The translations under genes and the position numbers were made by a program. A stretch of 64,000 nucleotides of DNA from Auanema rhodensis. Its lineage: Eukaryota > Animalia > Nematoda. The DNA lies in assembly GCA_964057225.1 (NCBI GenBank), contig OZ059900.1, forward strand, positions 5,332,001 through 5,396,000. Reading direction: 5' to 3'. Position 1 is the stretch's first letter; every line of letters begins with the position of its first letter. Under the pieces are notes generated by a model. The model had not been told where the DNA came from. It searched no databases and was given only the letters and a program-made list of their open reading frames with translations. Below, piece by piece: positions 43,241 through 58,400 of the stretch.

Positions 43241-46200
43241 GTTAACTATACCACCTAAGTATCTAAAGAAAGTGATCTTGATTTGTAACTCGGTGCCCGT
43301 TAAAGATAGAAGAATACTGTACATTTTAATAAATTCTCCATGGTCATATTAGACTAAAAACACTATCTTATTGTGTTTGATGCATGGTAGCCAGGACTTC
43401 CAATTTTATGTGAACAGTTAACTATACCACCTAAGTATCCAAAGAAAGTGATCTTGATTTGTAACTCGGTGCCCGTTAAAGTTAGAAGAATACTGTACAT
43501 TTTAATAAATTCTCCATGGCCATATTAGACTAAAAACACTATCTTATTGTGTTTGATGCATGGTAGCCAGGACTTCCAATTTTATGTGAAGAGTTAACTA
43601 TACCACCTAAGTATCTAAAGAAAGTGATCTTGATTTGTAACTCGGTGCCCGTTAAAGATAGAAGAATACTGTACATTTTAATAAATTCTCCATGGCCATA
43701 TTAGACTAAAAACACTATCTTATTGTGTTTGATGCATGGTAGCCAGGACTTCCAATTTTATGTGAAGAGTTAACTATACCACCTAAGTATCCGAAGAAAG
43801 TGATCTTGATTTGTAACTTGGTGCCCGTTAAAGATAGAAGAATACTGTACATTTTAATGAATTCTCCATGGTCATATTAGTCTAAAAACACTATCTTATT
43901 GTGTTTGATGCATGGTAGCCAGGACTTCCAATTTTATGTGAACAGTTAACTATACCACCTAAGTATCTAAAGAAAGTGATCTTGATTTGTAACTCGGTGC
44001 CCGTTAAAGATAGAAAAATACTGTACATTTTAATGAATTCTCCATGGTCATATTAGTCTAAAAACACTATCTTATTGTGTTTGATGCATGGTAGCCAGGA
44101 CTTCCAATTTTATGTGAACAGTTAACTATACCACCTAAGTATCCGAAGAAAGTGATCTTGATTTGTAACTTGGTGCCCGTTAAAGATAGAAGAATACTGT
44201 ACATTTTAATGAATTCTCCATGGTCATATTAGTCTAAAAACACTAACTTAATGGGTTTGATGCATGGTAACCAAGACTTCCAATTTTATGTGAACAGTTA
44301 ACTATACCACCTAAGTATCTAAAGAAAGTGATCTTGATTTGTAACTTGGTGCCCGTTAAAGATAGAAGAATACTGTACATTTTAATGAATTCTCCATGGT
44401 CATATTAGTCTAAAAACACTATCTTATTGTGTTTGATGCATGGTAGCCAGGACTTCCAATTTTATGTGAACAGTTAACTATACCACCTAAGTATCTAAAG
44501 AAAGTGATCTTGATTTGTAACTTGGTGCCCGTTAAAGATAGAAGAATACTGTACATTTTAATGAATTCTCCATGGTCATATTAGTCTAAAAACACTATCT
44601 TATTGTGTTTGATGCATGGTAGCCAGGACTTCCAATTTTATGTGAACAGTTAACTATACCACCTAAGTATCCGAAGAAAGTGATCTTGATTTGTAACTCG
44701 GTGCCCGTTAAAGATAGAAGAATACTGTACATTTTAATGAATTTTCCATGGCCATATTAGTCTAAAAACACTATCTTATTGTGTTTGATGCATGGTAGCC
44801 AGGACTTCCAATTTTATGTGAACAGTTAACTATACCACCTAAGTATCTAAAGAAAGTGATCTTGATTTGTAACTCGGTGCCCGTTAAAGATAGAAGAATA
44901 CTGTACATTTTAATGAATTTTCCATGGCCATATTAGTCTAAAAACACTATCTTATTGTGTTTGATGCATGGTAGCCAGGACTTCCAATTTTATGTGAACA
45001 GTTAACTATACCACCTAAGTATCTAAAGAAAGTGATCTTGATTTGTAACTCGGTGCCCGTTAAAGATAGAAGAATACTGTACATTTTAATGAATTTTCCA
45101 TGGCCATATTAGTCTAAAAACACTATCTTATTGTGTTTGATGCATGGTAGCCAGGACTTCCAATTTTATGTGAACAGTTAACTATACCACCTAAGTATCC
45201 GAAGAAAGTGATCTTGATTTGTAACTCGGTGCCCGTTAAAGATAGAAGAATACTGTACATTTTAATGAATTTTCCATGGCCATATTAGTCTAAAAACACT
45301 ATTTTATTGTGTTTGATGCATGGCAGCCAGGACTTCCAATTTTATGTGAACAGTTAACTATACCACCTAAGTATCTAAAGAAAGTGATCTTGATTTGTAA
45401 CTCGGTGCCGTTAAAGATAGAAGAATACTGTACATTTTAATGAATTCTCCATGGTCATATTAGTCTAAAAACACTATCTTATTGTGTTTGATGCATGGTA
45501 GCCAGGACTTCCAATTTTATGTGAACAGTTAACTATACCACCTAAGTATCCGAAGAAAGTGATCTTGATTTGTAACTCGGTGCCCGTTAAAGATAGAAGA
45601 ATACTGTACATTTTAATGAATTTTCCATGGCCATATTAGTCTAAAAACACTATCTTATTGTGTTTGATGCATGGTAGCCAGGACTTCCAATTTTATGTGA
45701 ACAGTTAACTATACCACCTAAGTATCCGAAGAAAGTGATCTTGATTTGTAACTCGGTGCCCGTTAAAGATAGAAGAATACTGTACATTTTAATGAATTTT
45801 CCATGGCCATATTAGTCTAAAAACACTATCTTATTGTGTTTGATGCATGGTAGCCAGGACTTCCAATTTTATGTGAACAGTTAACTATACCACCTAAGTA
45901 TCCGAAGAAAGTGATCTTGATTTGTAACTCGGTGCCCGTTAAAGATAGAAGAATACTGTACATTTTAATGAATTTTCCATGGCCATATTAGTCTAAAAAC
46001 ACTATCTTATTGTGTTTGATGCATGGTAGCCAGGACTTCCAATTTTATGTGAACAGTTAACTATACCACCTAAGTATCCGAAGAAAGTGATCTTGATTTG
46101 TAACTCGGTGCCCGTTAAAGATAGAAGAATACTGTACATTTTAATGAATTTTCCATGGCCATATTAGTCTAAAAACACTATCTTATTGTGTTTGATGCAT

Positions 46201-46699
46201 GGTAGCCAGGACTTCCAATTTTATGTGAACAGTTAACTATACCACCTAAGTATCCGAAGAAAGTGATCTTGATTTGTAACTCGGTGCCCGTTAAAGATAG
46301 AAGAATACTGTACATTTTAATGAATTTTCCATGGCCATATTAGTCTAAAAACACTATCTTATTGTGTTTGATGCATGGTAGCCAGGACTTCCAATTTTAT
46401 GTGAACAGTTAACTATACCACCTAAGTATCTAAAGAAAGTGATCTTGATTTGTAACTCGGTGCCCGTTAAAGATAGAAGAATACTGTACATTTTAATGAA
46501 TTCTCCATGGTCATATTAGTCTAAAAACACTATCTTATTGTGTTTGATGCATGGTAGCCAGGACTTCCAATTTTATGTGAACAGTTAACTATACCACCTA
46601 AGTATCTAAAGAAAGTGATCTTGATTTGTAACTCGGTGCCCGTTAAAGATAGAAGAATACTGTACATTTTAATGAATTCTCCATGGTCATATTAGTCTA

Positions 46700-49600
46700 A
46701 AAACACTAACTTAATGGGTTTGATGCATGGTAACCAAGACTTCCAATTTTATGTGAACAGTTAACTATACCACCTAAGTATCCGAAGAAAGTGATCTTGA
46801 TTTGTAACTCGGTGCCCGTTAAAGATAGAAGAATACTGTACATTTTAATGAATTCTCCATGGTCATATTAGTCTAAAAACACTAACTTAATGGGTTTGAT
46901 GCATGGTAACCAAGACTTCCAATTTTATGTGAACAGTTAACTATACCACCTAAGTATCCGAAGAAAGTGATCTTGATTTGTAACTCGGTGCCCGTTAAAG
47001 ATAGAAGAATACTGTACATTTTAATGAATTCTCCATGGTCATATTAGTCTAAAAACACTAACTTAATGGGTTTGATGCATGGTAACCAAGACTTCCAATT
47101 TTATGTGAACAGTTAACTATACCACCTAAGTATCCGAAGAAAGTGATCTTGATTTGTAACTCGGTGCCCGTTAAAGATAGAAGAATACTGTACATTTTAA
47201 TGAATTCTCCATGGTCATATTAGTCTAAAAACACTAACTTAATGGGTTTGATGCATGGTAACCAAGACTTCCAATTTTATGTGAAGAGTTAACTATACCA
47301 CCTAAGTATCTAAAGAAAGTGATCTTGATTTGTAACTCGGTGCCCGTTAAAGATAGAAGAATACTGTACATTTTAATGAATTCTCCATGGTCATATTAGT
47401 CTAAAAACACTAACTTAATGGGTTTGATGCATGGTAACCAAGACTTCCAATTTTATGTGAACAGTTAACTATACCACCTAAGTATCTAAAGAAAGTGATC
47501 TTGATTTGTAACTCGGTGCCCGTTAAAGATAGAAGAATACTGTACATTTTAATGAATTCTCCATGGTCATATTAGTCTAAAAACACTAACTTAATGGGTT
47601 TGATGCATGGTAACCAAGACTTCCAATTTTATGTGAACAGTTAACTATACCACCTAAGTATCTAAAGAAAGTGATCTTGATTTGTAACTCGGTGCCCGTT
47701 AAAGATAGAAGAATACTGTACATTTTAATGAATTCTCCATGGTCATATTAGTCTAAAAACACTAACTTAATGGGTTTGATGCATGGTAACCAAGACTTCC
47801 AATTTTATGTGAACAGTTAACTATACCACCTAAGTATCCGAAGAAAGTGATCTTGATTTGTAACTCGGTGCCCGTTAAAGATAGAAGAATACTGTACATT
47901 TTAATGAATTTTCCATGGCCATATTAGTCTAAAAACACTAACTTAATGGGTTTGATGCATGGTAACCAAGACTTCCAATTTTATGTGAACAGTTAACTAT
48001 ACCACCTAAGTATCTAAAGAAAGTGATCTTGATTTGTAACTCGGTGCCCGTTAAAGATAGAAGAATACTGTACATTTTAATGAATTCTCCATGGTCATAT
48101 TAGTCTAAAAACACTAACTTAATGGGTTTGATGCATGGTAACCAAGACTTCCAATTTTATGTGAACAGTTAACTATACCACCTAAGTATCTAAAGAAAGT
48201 GATCTTGATTTGTAACTCGGTGCCCGTTAAAGATAGAAGAATACTGTACATTTTAATGAATTCTCCATGGTCATATTAGTCTAAAAACACTAACTTAATG
48301 GGTTTGATGCATGGTAACCAAGACTTCCAATTTTATGTGAACAGTTAACTATACCACCTAAGTATCCGAAGAAAGTGATCTTGATTTGTAACTCGGTGCC
48401 CGTTAAAGATAGAAGAATACTGTACATTTTAATGAATTCTCCATGGTCATATTAGTCTAAAAACACTAACTTAATGGGTTTGATGCATGGTAACCAAGAC
48501 TTCCAATTTTATGTGAACAGTTAACTATACCACCTAAGTATCTAAAGAAAGTGATCTTGATTTGTAACTCGGTGCCCGTTAAAGGTAGAAGAATACTGTA
48601 CATTTTAATGAATTCTCCATGGTCATATTAGTCTAAAAACACTAACTTAATGGGTTTGATGCATGGTAACCAAGACTTCCAATTTTATGTGAACAGTTAA
48701 CTATACCACCTAAGTATCTAAAGAAAGTGATCTTGATTTGTAACTCGGTGCCCGTTAAAGATAGGAGAATACTGTACATTTTAATGAATTCTCCATGGTC
48801 ATATTAGTCTAAAAACACTAACTTAATGGGTTTGATGCATGGTAACCAAGACTTCCAATTTTATGTGAACAGTTAACTATACCACCTAAGTATCCGAAGA
48901 AAGTGATCTTGATTTGTAACTCGGTGCCCGTTAAAGATAGAAGAATACTGTACATTTTAATGAATTCTCCATGGTCATATTAGTCTAAAAACACTAACTT
49001 AATGGGTTTGATGCATGGTAACCAAGACTTCCAATTTTATGTGAACAGTTAACTATACCACCTAAGTATCTAAAGAAAGTGATCTTGATTTGTAACTCGG
49101 TGCCCGTTAAAGATAGAAGAATACTGTACATTTTAATGAATTCTCCATGGTCATATTAGTCTAAAAACACTATCTTATTGTGTTTGATGCATGGTAGCCA
49201 GGACTTCCAATTTTATGTGAACAGTTAACTATACCACCTAAGTATCTAAAGAAAGTGATCTTGATTTGTAACTCGGTGCCCGTTAAAGATAGAAGAATAC
49301 TGTACATTTTAATGAATTTTCCATGGCCATATTAGTCTAAAAACACTATCTTATTGTGTTTGATGCATGGTAGCCAGGACTACCAATTTTATGTGAACAG
49401 TTAACTATACCACCTAAGTATCTAAAGAAAGTGATCTTGATTTGTAACTCGGTGCCCGTTAAAGATAGAAGAATACTGTACATTTTAATGAATTTTCCAT
49501 GGCCATATTAGTCTAAAAACACTATCTTATTGTGTTTGATGCATGGTAGCCAGGACTTCCAATTTTATGTGAACAGTTAACTATACCACCTAAGTATCCG

Positions 49601-51850
49601 AAGAAAGTGATCTTGATTTGTAACTCGGTGCCCGTTAATGATAGAAGAATACTGTACATTTTAATGAATTCTCCATGGTCATATTAGTCTAAAAACACTA
49701 ACTTAATGGGTTTGATGCATGGTAACCAAGACTTCCAATTTTATGTGAACAGTTAACTATACCACCTAAGTATCCGAAGAAAGTGATCTTGATTTGTAAC
49801 TCGGTGCCCGTTAAAGATAGAAGAATACTGTACATTTTAATGAATTCTCCATGGTCATATTAGTCTAAAAACACTAACTTAATGGGTTTGATGCATGGTA
49901 ACCAAGACTTCCAATTTTATGTGAACAGTTAACTATACCACCTAAGTATCTAAAGAAAGTGATCTTGATTTGTAACTCGGTGCCCGTTAAAGGTAGAAGA
50001 ATACTGTACATTTTAATGAATTCTCCATGGTCATATTAGTCTAAAAACACTAACTTAATGGGTTTGATGCATGGTAACCAAGACTTCCAATTTTATGTGA
50101 ACAGTTAACTATACCACCTAAGTATCTAAAGAAAGTGATCTTGATTTGTAACTCGGTGCCCGTTAAAGATAGAAGAATACTGTACATTTTAATGAATTCT
50201 CCATGGTCATATTAGTCTAAAAACACTAACTTAATGGGTTTGATGCATGGTAACCAAGACTTCCAATTTTATGTGAACAGTTAACTATACCACCTAAGTA
50301 TCCGAAGAAAGTGATCTTGATTTGTAACTCGGTGCCCGTTAAAGATAGAAGAATACTGTACATTTTAATGAATTCTCCATGGTCATATTAGTCTAAAAAC
50401 ACTAACTTAATGGGTTTGATGCATGGTAACCAAGACTTCCAATTTTATGTGAACAGTTAACTATACCACCTAAGTATCTAAAGAAAGTGATCTTGATTTG
50501 TAACTCGGTGCCCGCTAAAGATAGAAGAATACTGTACATTTTAATGAATTCTCCATGGTCATATTAGTCTAAAAACACTATCTTATTGTGTTTGATGCAT
50601 GGTAGCCAGGACTTCCAATTTTATGTGAACAGTTAACTATACCACCTAAGTATCTAAAGAAAGTGATCTTGATTTGTAACTCGGTGCCCGTTAAAGATAG
50701 AAGAATACTGTACATTTTAATGAATTTTCCATGGCCATATTAGTCTGAAAACACTATCTTATTGTGTTTGATGCATGGTAGCCAGGACTTCCAATTTTAT
50801 GTGAACAGTTAACTATACCACCTAAGTATCTAAAGAAAGTGATCTTGATTTGTAACTCGGTGCCCGTTAAAGATAGAAGAATACTGTACATTTTAATGAA
50901 TTTTCCATGGCCATATTAGTCTAAAAACACTATCTTATTGTGTTTGATGCATGGTAGCCAGGACTTCCAATTTTATGTGAACAGTTAACTATACCACCTA
51001 AGTATCCGAAGAAAGTGATCTTGATTTGTAACTCGGTGCCCGTTAATGATAGAAGAATACTGTACATTTTAATGAATTCTCCATGGTCATATTAGTCTAA
51101 AAACACTAACTTAATGGGTTTGATGCATGGTAACCAAGACTTCCAATTTTATGTGAACAGTTAACTATACCACCTAAGTATCCGAAGAAAGTGATCTTGA
51201 TTTGTAACTCGGTGCCCGTTAAAGATAGAAGAATACTGTACATTTTAATGAATTCTCCATGGTCATATTAGTCTAAAAACACTAACTTAATGGGTTTGAT
51301 GCATGGTAACCAAGACTTCCAATTTTATGTGAACAGTTAACTATACCACCTAAGTATCTAAAGAAAGTGATCTTGATTTGTAACTCGGTGCCCGTTAAAG
51401 GTAGAAGAATACTGTACATTTTAATGAATTCTCCATGGTCATATTAGTCTAAAAACACTAACTTAATGGGTTTGATGCATGGTAACCAAGACTTCCAATT
51501 TTATGTGAACAGTTAACTATACCACCTAAGTATCTAAAGAAAGTGATCTTGATTTGTAACTCGGTGCCCGTTAAAGATAGAAGAATACTGTACATTTTAA
51601 TGAATTCTCCATGGTCATATTAGTCTAAAAACACTAACTTAATGGGTTTGATGCATGGTAACCAAGACTTCCAATTTTATGTGAACAGTTAACTATACCA
51701 CCTAAGTATCCGAAGAAAGTGATCTTGATTTGTAACTCGGTGCCCGTTAAAGATAGAAGAATACTGTACATTTTAATGAATTCTCCATGGTCATATTAGT
51801 CTAAAAACACTAACTTAATGGGTTTGATGCATGGTAACCAAGACTTCCAA
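46700..51850. repeat. Satellite sub-domain dominated by haplotype C monomers
   Basis: Five linked substitutions (T70A, T75A, T78G, G94A, G98A: CACTAACTTAATGGGTTT...GGTAACCAAGAC) occur in long runs. The 83-mer duplication repeats this domain at ~61305-63640. Confidence 0.88.
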
Positions 51851-52450
51851 TTTTATGTGAACAGTTAACTATACCACCTAAGTATCTAAAGAAAGTGATC
51901 TTGATTTGTAACTCGGTGCCCGCTAAAGATAGAAGAATACTGTACATTTTAATGAATTCTCCATGGTCATATTAGTCTAAAAACACTATCTTATTGTGTT
52001 TGATGCATGGTAGCCAGGACTTCCAATTTTATGTGAACAGTTAACTATACCACCTAAGTATCTAAAGAAAGTGATCTTGATTTGTAACTCGGTGCCCGTT
52101 AAAGATAGAAGAATACTGTACATTTTAATGAATTTTCCATGGCCATATTAGTCTAAAAACACTATCTTATTGTGTTTGATGCATGGTAGCCAGGACTTCC
52201 AATTTTATGTGAACAGTTAACTATACCACCTAAGTATCTAAAGAAAGTGATCTTGATTTGTAACTCGGTGCCCGTTAAAGATAGAAGAATACTGTACATT
52301 TTAATGAATTTTCCATGGCCATATTAGTCTAAAAACACTATCTTATTGTGTTTGATGCATGGTAGCCAGGACTTCCAATTTTATGTGAACAGTTAACTAT
52401 ACCACCTAAGTATCCGAAGAAAGTGATCTTGATTTGTAACTCGGTGCCCG
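48230..52450. repeat. 8-mer (1408 bp) higher-order repeat, ~3 copies
   Basis: AAAGGTAG at 48585, 49993 and 51401; GTTAATG at 49639 and 51047; CCCGCTAAAG at 50515 and 51923. All offsets are 1408. Each unit is five C-type plus three non-C monomers. Confidence 0.87.
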
Positions 52451-55400
52451 TTAAAGATAGAAGAATACTGTACATTTTAATGAATTTTCCATGGCCATAT
52501 TAGTCTAAAAACACTATTTTATTGTGTTTGATGCATGGCAGCCAGGACTTCCAATTTTATGTGAACAGTTAACTATACCACCTAAGTATCTAAAGAAAGT
52601 GATCTTGATTTGTAACTCGGTGCCCGTTAAAGATAGAAGAATACTGTACATTTTAATGAATTCTCCATGGTCATATTAGTCTAAAAACACTATCTTATTG
52701 TGTTTGATGCATGGTAGCCAGGACTTCCAATTTTATGTGAACAGTTAACTATACCACCTGAGTATCCGAAGAAAGTGATCTTGATTTGTAACTCGGTGCC
52801 CGTTAAAGATAGAAGAATACTGTACATTTTAATGAATTTTCCATGGCCATATTAGTCTAAAAACACTATCTTATTGTGTTTGATGCATGGTAGCCAGGAC
52901 TTCCAATTTTATGTGAACAGTTAACTATACCACCTAAGTATCCGAAGAAAGTGATCTTGATTTGTAACTCGGTGCCCGTTAAAGATAGAAGAATACTGTA
53001 CATTTTAATGAATTTTCCATGGCCATATTAGTCTAAAAACACTATCTTATTGTGTTTGATGCATGGTAGCCAGGACTTCCAATTTTATGTGAACAGTTAA
53101 CTATACCACCTAAGTATCCGAAGAAAGTGATCTTGATTTGTAACTCGGTGCCCGTTAAAGATAGAAGAATACTGTACATTTTAATGAATTTTCCATGGCC
53201 ATATTAGTCTAAAAACACTAACTTAATGGGTTTGATGCATGGTAGCCAGGACTTCCAATTTTATGTGAACAGTTAACTATACCACCTAAGTATCCGAAGA
53301 AAGTGATCTTGATTTGTAACTCGGTGCCCGTTAAAGATAGAAGAATACTGTACATTTTAATGAATTCTCCATGGTCATATTAGTCTAAAAACACTATCTT
53401 ATTGTGTTTGATGCATGGTAGCCAGGACTTCCAATTTTATGTGAACAGTTAACTATACCACCTGAGTATCCGAAGAAAGTGATCTTGATTTGTAACTCGG
53501 TGCCCGTTAAAGATAGAAGAATACTGTACATTTTAATGAATTTTCCATGGCCATATTAGTCTAAAAACACTATCTTATTGTGTTTGATGCATGGTAGCCA
53601 GGACTTCCAATTTTATGTGAACAGTTAACTATACCACCTAAGTATCCGAAGAAAGTGATCTTGATTTGTAACTCGGTGCCCGTTAAAGATAGAAGAATAC
53701 TGTACATTTTAATGAATTTTCCATGGCCATATTAGTCTAAAAACACTATCTTATTGTGTTTGATGCATGGTAGCCAGGACTTCCAATTTTATGTGAACAG
53801 TTAACTATACCACCTAAGTATCCGAAGAAAGTGATCTTGATTTGTAACTCGGTGCCCGTTAAAGATAGAAGAATACTGTACATTTTAATGAATTTTCCAT
53901 GGCCATATTAGTCTAAAAACACTATCTTATTGTGTTTGATGCATGGTAGCCAGGACTTCCAATTTTATGTGAACAGTTAACTATACCACCTAAGTATCCG
54001 AAGAAAGTGATCTTGATTTGTAACTCGGTGCCCGTTAAAGATAGAAGAATACTGTACATTTTAATGAATTTTCCATGGCCATATTAGTCTAAAAACACTA
54101 TCTTATTGTGTTTGATGCATGGTAGCCAGGACTTCCAATTTTATGTGAACAGTTAACTATACCACCTAAGTATCCGAAGAAAGTGATCTTGATTTGTAAC
54201 TCGGTGCCCGTTAAAGATAGAAGAATACTGTACATTTTAATGAATTTTCCATGGCCATATTAGTCTAAAAACACTATCTTATTGTGTTTGATGCATGGTA
54301 GCCAGGACTTCCAATTTTATGTGAACAGTTAACTATACCACCTAAGTATCTAAAGAAAGTGATCTTGATTTGTAACTCGGTGCCCGTTAAAGATAGAAGA
54401 ATACTGTACATTTTAATGAATTCTCCATGGTCATATTAGTCTAAAAACACTATCTTATTGTGTTTGATGCATGGTAGCCAGGACTTCCAATTTTATGTGA
54501 ACAGTTAACTATACCACCTAAGTATCCGAAGAAAGTGATCTTGATTTGTAACTCGGTGCCCGTTAAAGATAGAAGAATACTGTACATTTTAATGAATTTT
54601 CCATGGCCATATTAGTCTAAAAACACTATTTTATTGTGTTTGATGCATGGCAGCCAGGACTTCCAATTTTATGTGAACAGTTAACTATACCACCTAAGTA
54701 TCTAAAGAAAGTGATCTTGATTTGTAACTCGGTGCCCGTTAAAGATAGAAGAATACTGTACATTTTAATGAATTCTCCATGGTCATATTAGTCTAAAAAC
54801 ACTATCTTATTGTGTTTGATGCATGGTAGCCAGGACTTCCAATTTTATGTGAACAGTTAACTATACCACCTAAGTATCTAAAGAAAGTGATCTTGATTTG
54901 TAACTCGGTGCCCGTTAAAGATAGAAGAATACTGTACATTTTAATGAATTTTCCATGGCCATATTAGTCTAAAAACACTATCTTATTGTGTTTGATGCAT
55001 GGTAGCCAGGACTTCCAATTTTATGTGAACAGTTAACTATACCACCTAAGTATCCGAAGAAAGTGATCTTGATTTGTAACTCGGTGCCCGTTAAAGATAG
55101 AAGAATACTGTACATTTTAATGAATTTTCCATGGCCATATTAGTCTAAAAACACTATCTTATTGTGTTTGATGCATGGTAGCCAGGACTTCCAATTTTAT
55201 GTGAACAGTTAACTATACCACCTAAGTATCCGAAGAAAGTGATCTTGATTTGTAACTCGGTGCCCGTTAAAGATAGAAGAATACTGTACATTTTAATGAA
55301 TTTTCCATGGCCATATTAGTCTAAAAACACTATCTTATTGTGTTTGATGCATGGTAGCCAGGACTTCCAATTTTATGTGAACAGTTAGCTATACCACCTA

Positions 55401-58400
55401 AGTATCCGAAGAAAGTGATCTTGATTTGTAACTCGGTGCCCGTTAAAGTTAGAAGAATACTGTACATTTTAATGAATTCTCCATGGCCATATTAGACTAA
55501 AAACACTATCTTATTGTGTTTGATGCATGGTAGCCAGGACTTCCAATTTTATGTGAACAGTTAACTATACCACCTAAGTATCCAAAGAAAGTGATCTTGA
55601 TTTGTAACTCGGTGCCCGTTAAAGTTAGAAGAATACTGTACATTTTAATAAATACTCAATGGCCATATTAGACTAAAAACACTATCTTATTGTGTTTGAT
55701 GCATGGTAGCCAGGACTTCCAATTTTATGTGAACAGTTAGCTATACCACCTAAGTATCCGAAGAAAGTGATCTTGATTTGTAACTCGGTGCCCGTTAAAG
55801 TTAGAAGAATACTGTACATTTTAATGAATTCTCCATGGCCATATTAGACTAAAAACACTATCTTATTGTGTTTGATGCATGGTAGCCAGGACTTCCAATT
55901 TTATGTGAACAGTTAACTATACCACCTAAGTATCCAAAGAAAGTGATCTTGATTTGTAACTCGGTGCCCGTTAAAGTTAGAAGAATACTGTACATTTTAA
56001 TAAATTCTCCATGGCCATATTAGACTAAAAACACTATCTTATTGTGTTTGATGCATGGTAGCCAGGACTTCCAATTTTATGTGAAGAGTTAACTATACCA
56101 CCTAAGTATCTAAAGAAAGTGATCTTGATTTGTAACTCGGTGCCCGTTAAAGATAGAAGAATACTGTACATTTTAATAAATTCTCCATGGCCATATTAGA
56201 CTAAAAACACTATCTTATTGTGTTTGATGCATGGTAGCCAGGACTTCCAATTTTATGTGAACAGTTAACTATACCACCTAAGTATCTAAAGAAAGTGATC
56301 TTGATTTGTAACTCGGTGCCCGTTAAAGATAGAAGAATACTGTACATTTTAATAAATTCTCCATGGCCATATTAGACTAAAAACACTATCTTATTGTGTT
56401 TGATGCATGGTAGCCAGGACTTCCAATTTTATGTGAAGAGTTAACTATACCACCTAAGTATCCGAAGAAAGTGATCTTGATTTGTAACTTGGTGCCCGTT
56501 AAAGATAGAAGAATACTGTACATTTTAATGAATTCTCCATGGTCATATTAGTCTAAAAACACTATCTTATTGTGTTTGATGCATGGTAGCCAGGACTTCC
56601 AATTTTATGTGAACAGTTAACTATACCACCTAAGTATCTAAAGAAAGTGATCTTGATTTGTAACTCGGTGCCCGTTAAAGATAGAAAAATACTGTACATT
56701 TTAATGAATTCTCCATGGTCATATTAGTCTAAAAACACTATCTTATTGTGTTTGATGCATGGTAGCCAGGACTTCCAATTTTATGTGAACAGTTAACTAT
56801 ACCACCTAAGTATCCGAAGAAAGTGATCTTGATTTGTAACTTGGTGCCCGTTAAAGATAGAAGAATACTGTACATTTTAATGAATTCTCCATGGTCATAT
56901 TAGTCTAAAAACACTAACTTAATGGGTTTGATGCATGGTAACCAAGACTTCCAATTTTATGTGAACAGTTAACTATACCACCTAAGTATCTAAAGAAAGT
57001 GATCTTGATTTGTAACTTGGTGCCCGTTAAAGATAGAAGAATACTGTACATTTTAATGAATTCTCCATGGTCATATTAGTCTAAAAACACTATCTTATTG
57101 TGTTTGATGCATGGTAGCCAGGACTTCCAATTTTATGTGAACAGTTAACTATACCACCTAAGTATCTAAAGAAAGTGATCTTGATTTGTAACTTGGTGCC
57201 CGTTAAAGATAGAAGAATACTGTACATTTTAATGAATTCTCCATGGTCATATTAGTCTAAAAACACTAACTTAATGGGTTTGATGCATGGTAACCAAGAC
57301 TTCCAATTTTATGTGAACAGTTAACTATACCACCTAAGTATCCGAAGAAAGTGATCTTGATTTGTAACTCGGTGCCCGTTAAAGATAGAAGAATATTGTA
57401 CATTTTAATGAATTTTCCATGGCCATATTAGTCTAAAAACACTATCTTATTGTGTTTGATGCATGATAGCCAGGACTTCCAATTTTATGTGAACAGTTAA
57501 CTATACCACCTAAGTATCTAAAGAAAGTGATCTTGATTTGTAACTCGGTGCCCGTTAAAGATAGAAGAATACTGTACATTTTAATGAATTTTCCATGGCC
57601 ATATTAGTCTAAAAACACTATCTTATTGTGTTTGATGCATGGTAGCCAGGACTTCCAATTTTATGTGAACAGTTAGCTATACCACCTAAGTATCCGAAGA
57701 AAGTGATCTTGATTTGTAACTCGGTGCCCGTTAAAGGTAGAAGAATACTGTACATTTTAATGAATTCTCCATGGTCATATTAGTCTAAAAACACTAACTT
57801 AATGGGTTTGATGCATGGTAACCAAGACTTCCAATTTTATGTGAACAGTTAACTATACCACCTAAGTATCTAAAGAAAGTGATCTTGATTTGTAACTCGG
57901 TGCCCGTTAAAGATAGAAGAATACTGTACATTTTAATAAATTCTCCATGGTCATATTAGACTAAAAACACTATCTTATTGTGTTTGATGCATGGTAGCCA
58001 GGACTTCCAATTTTATGTGAACAGTTAACTATACCACCTAAGTATCCAAAGAAAGTGATCTTGATTTGTAACTCGGTGCCCGTTAAAGTTAGAAGAATAC
58101 TGTACATTTTAATAAATTCTCCATGGCCATATTAGACTAAAAACACTATCTTATTGTGTTTGATGCATGGTAGCCAGGACTTCCAATTTTATGTGAAGAG
58201 TGAACTATACCACCTAAGTATCTAAAGAAAGTGATCTTGATTTGTAACTCGGTGCCCGTTAAAGATAGAAGAATACTGTACATTTTAATAAATTCTCCAT
58301 GGCCATATTAGACTAAAAACACTATCTTATTGTGTTTGATGCATGGTAGCCAGGACTTCCAATTTTATGTGAAGAGTTAACTATACCACCTAAGTATCCG

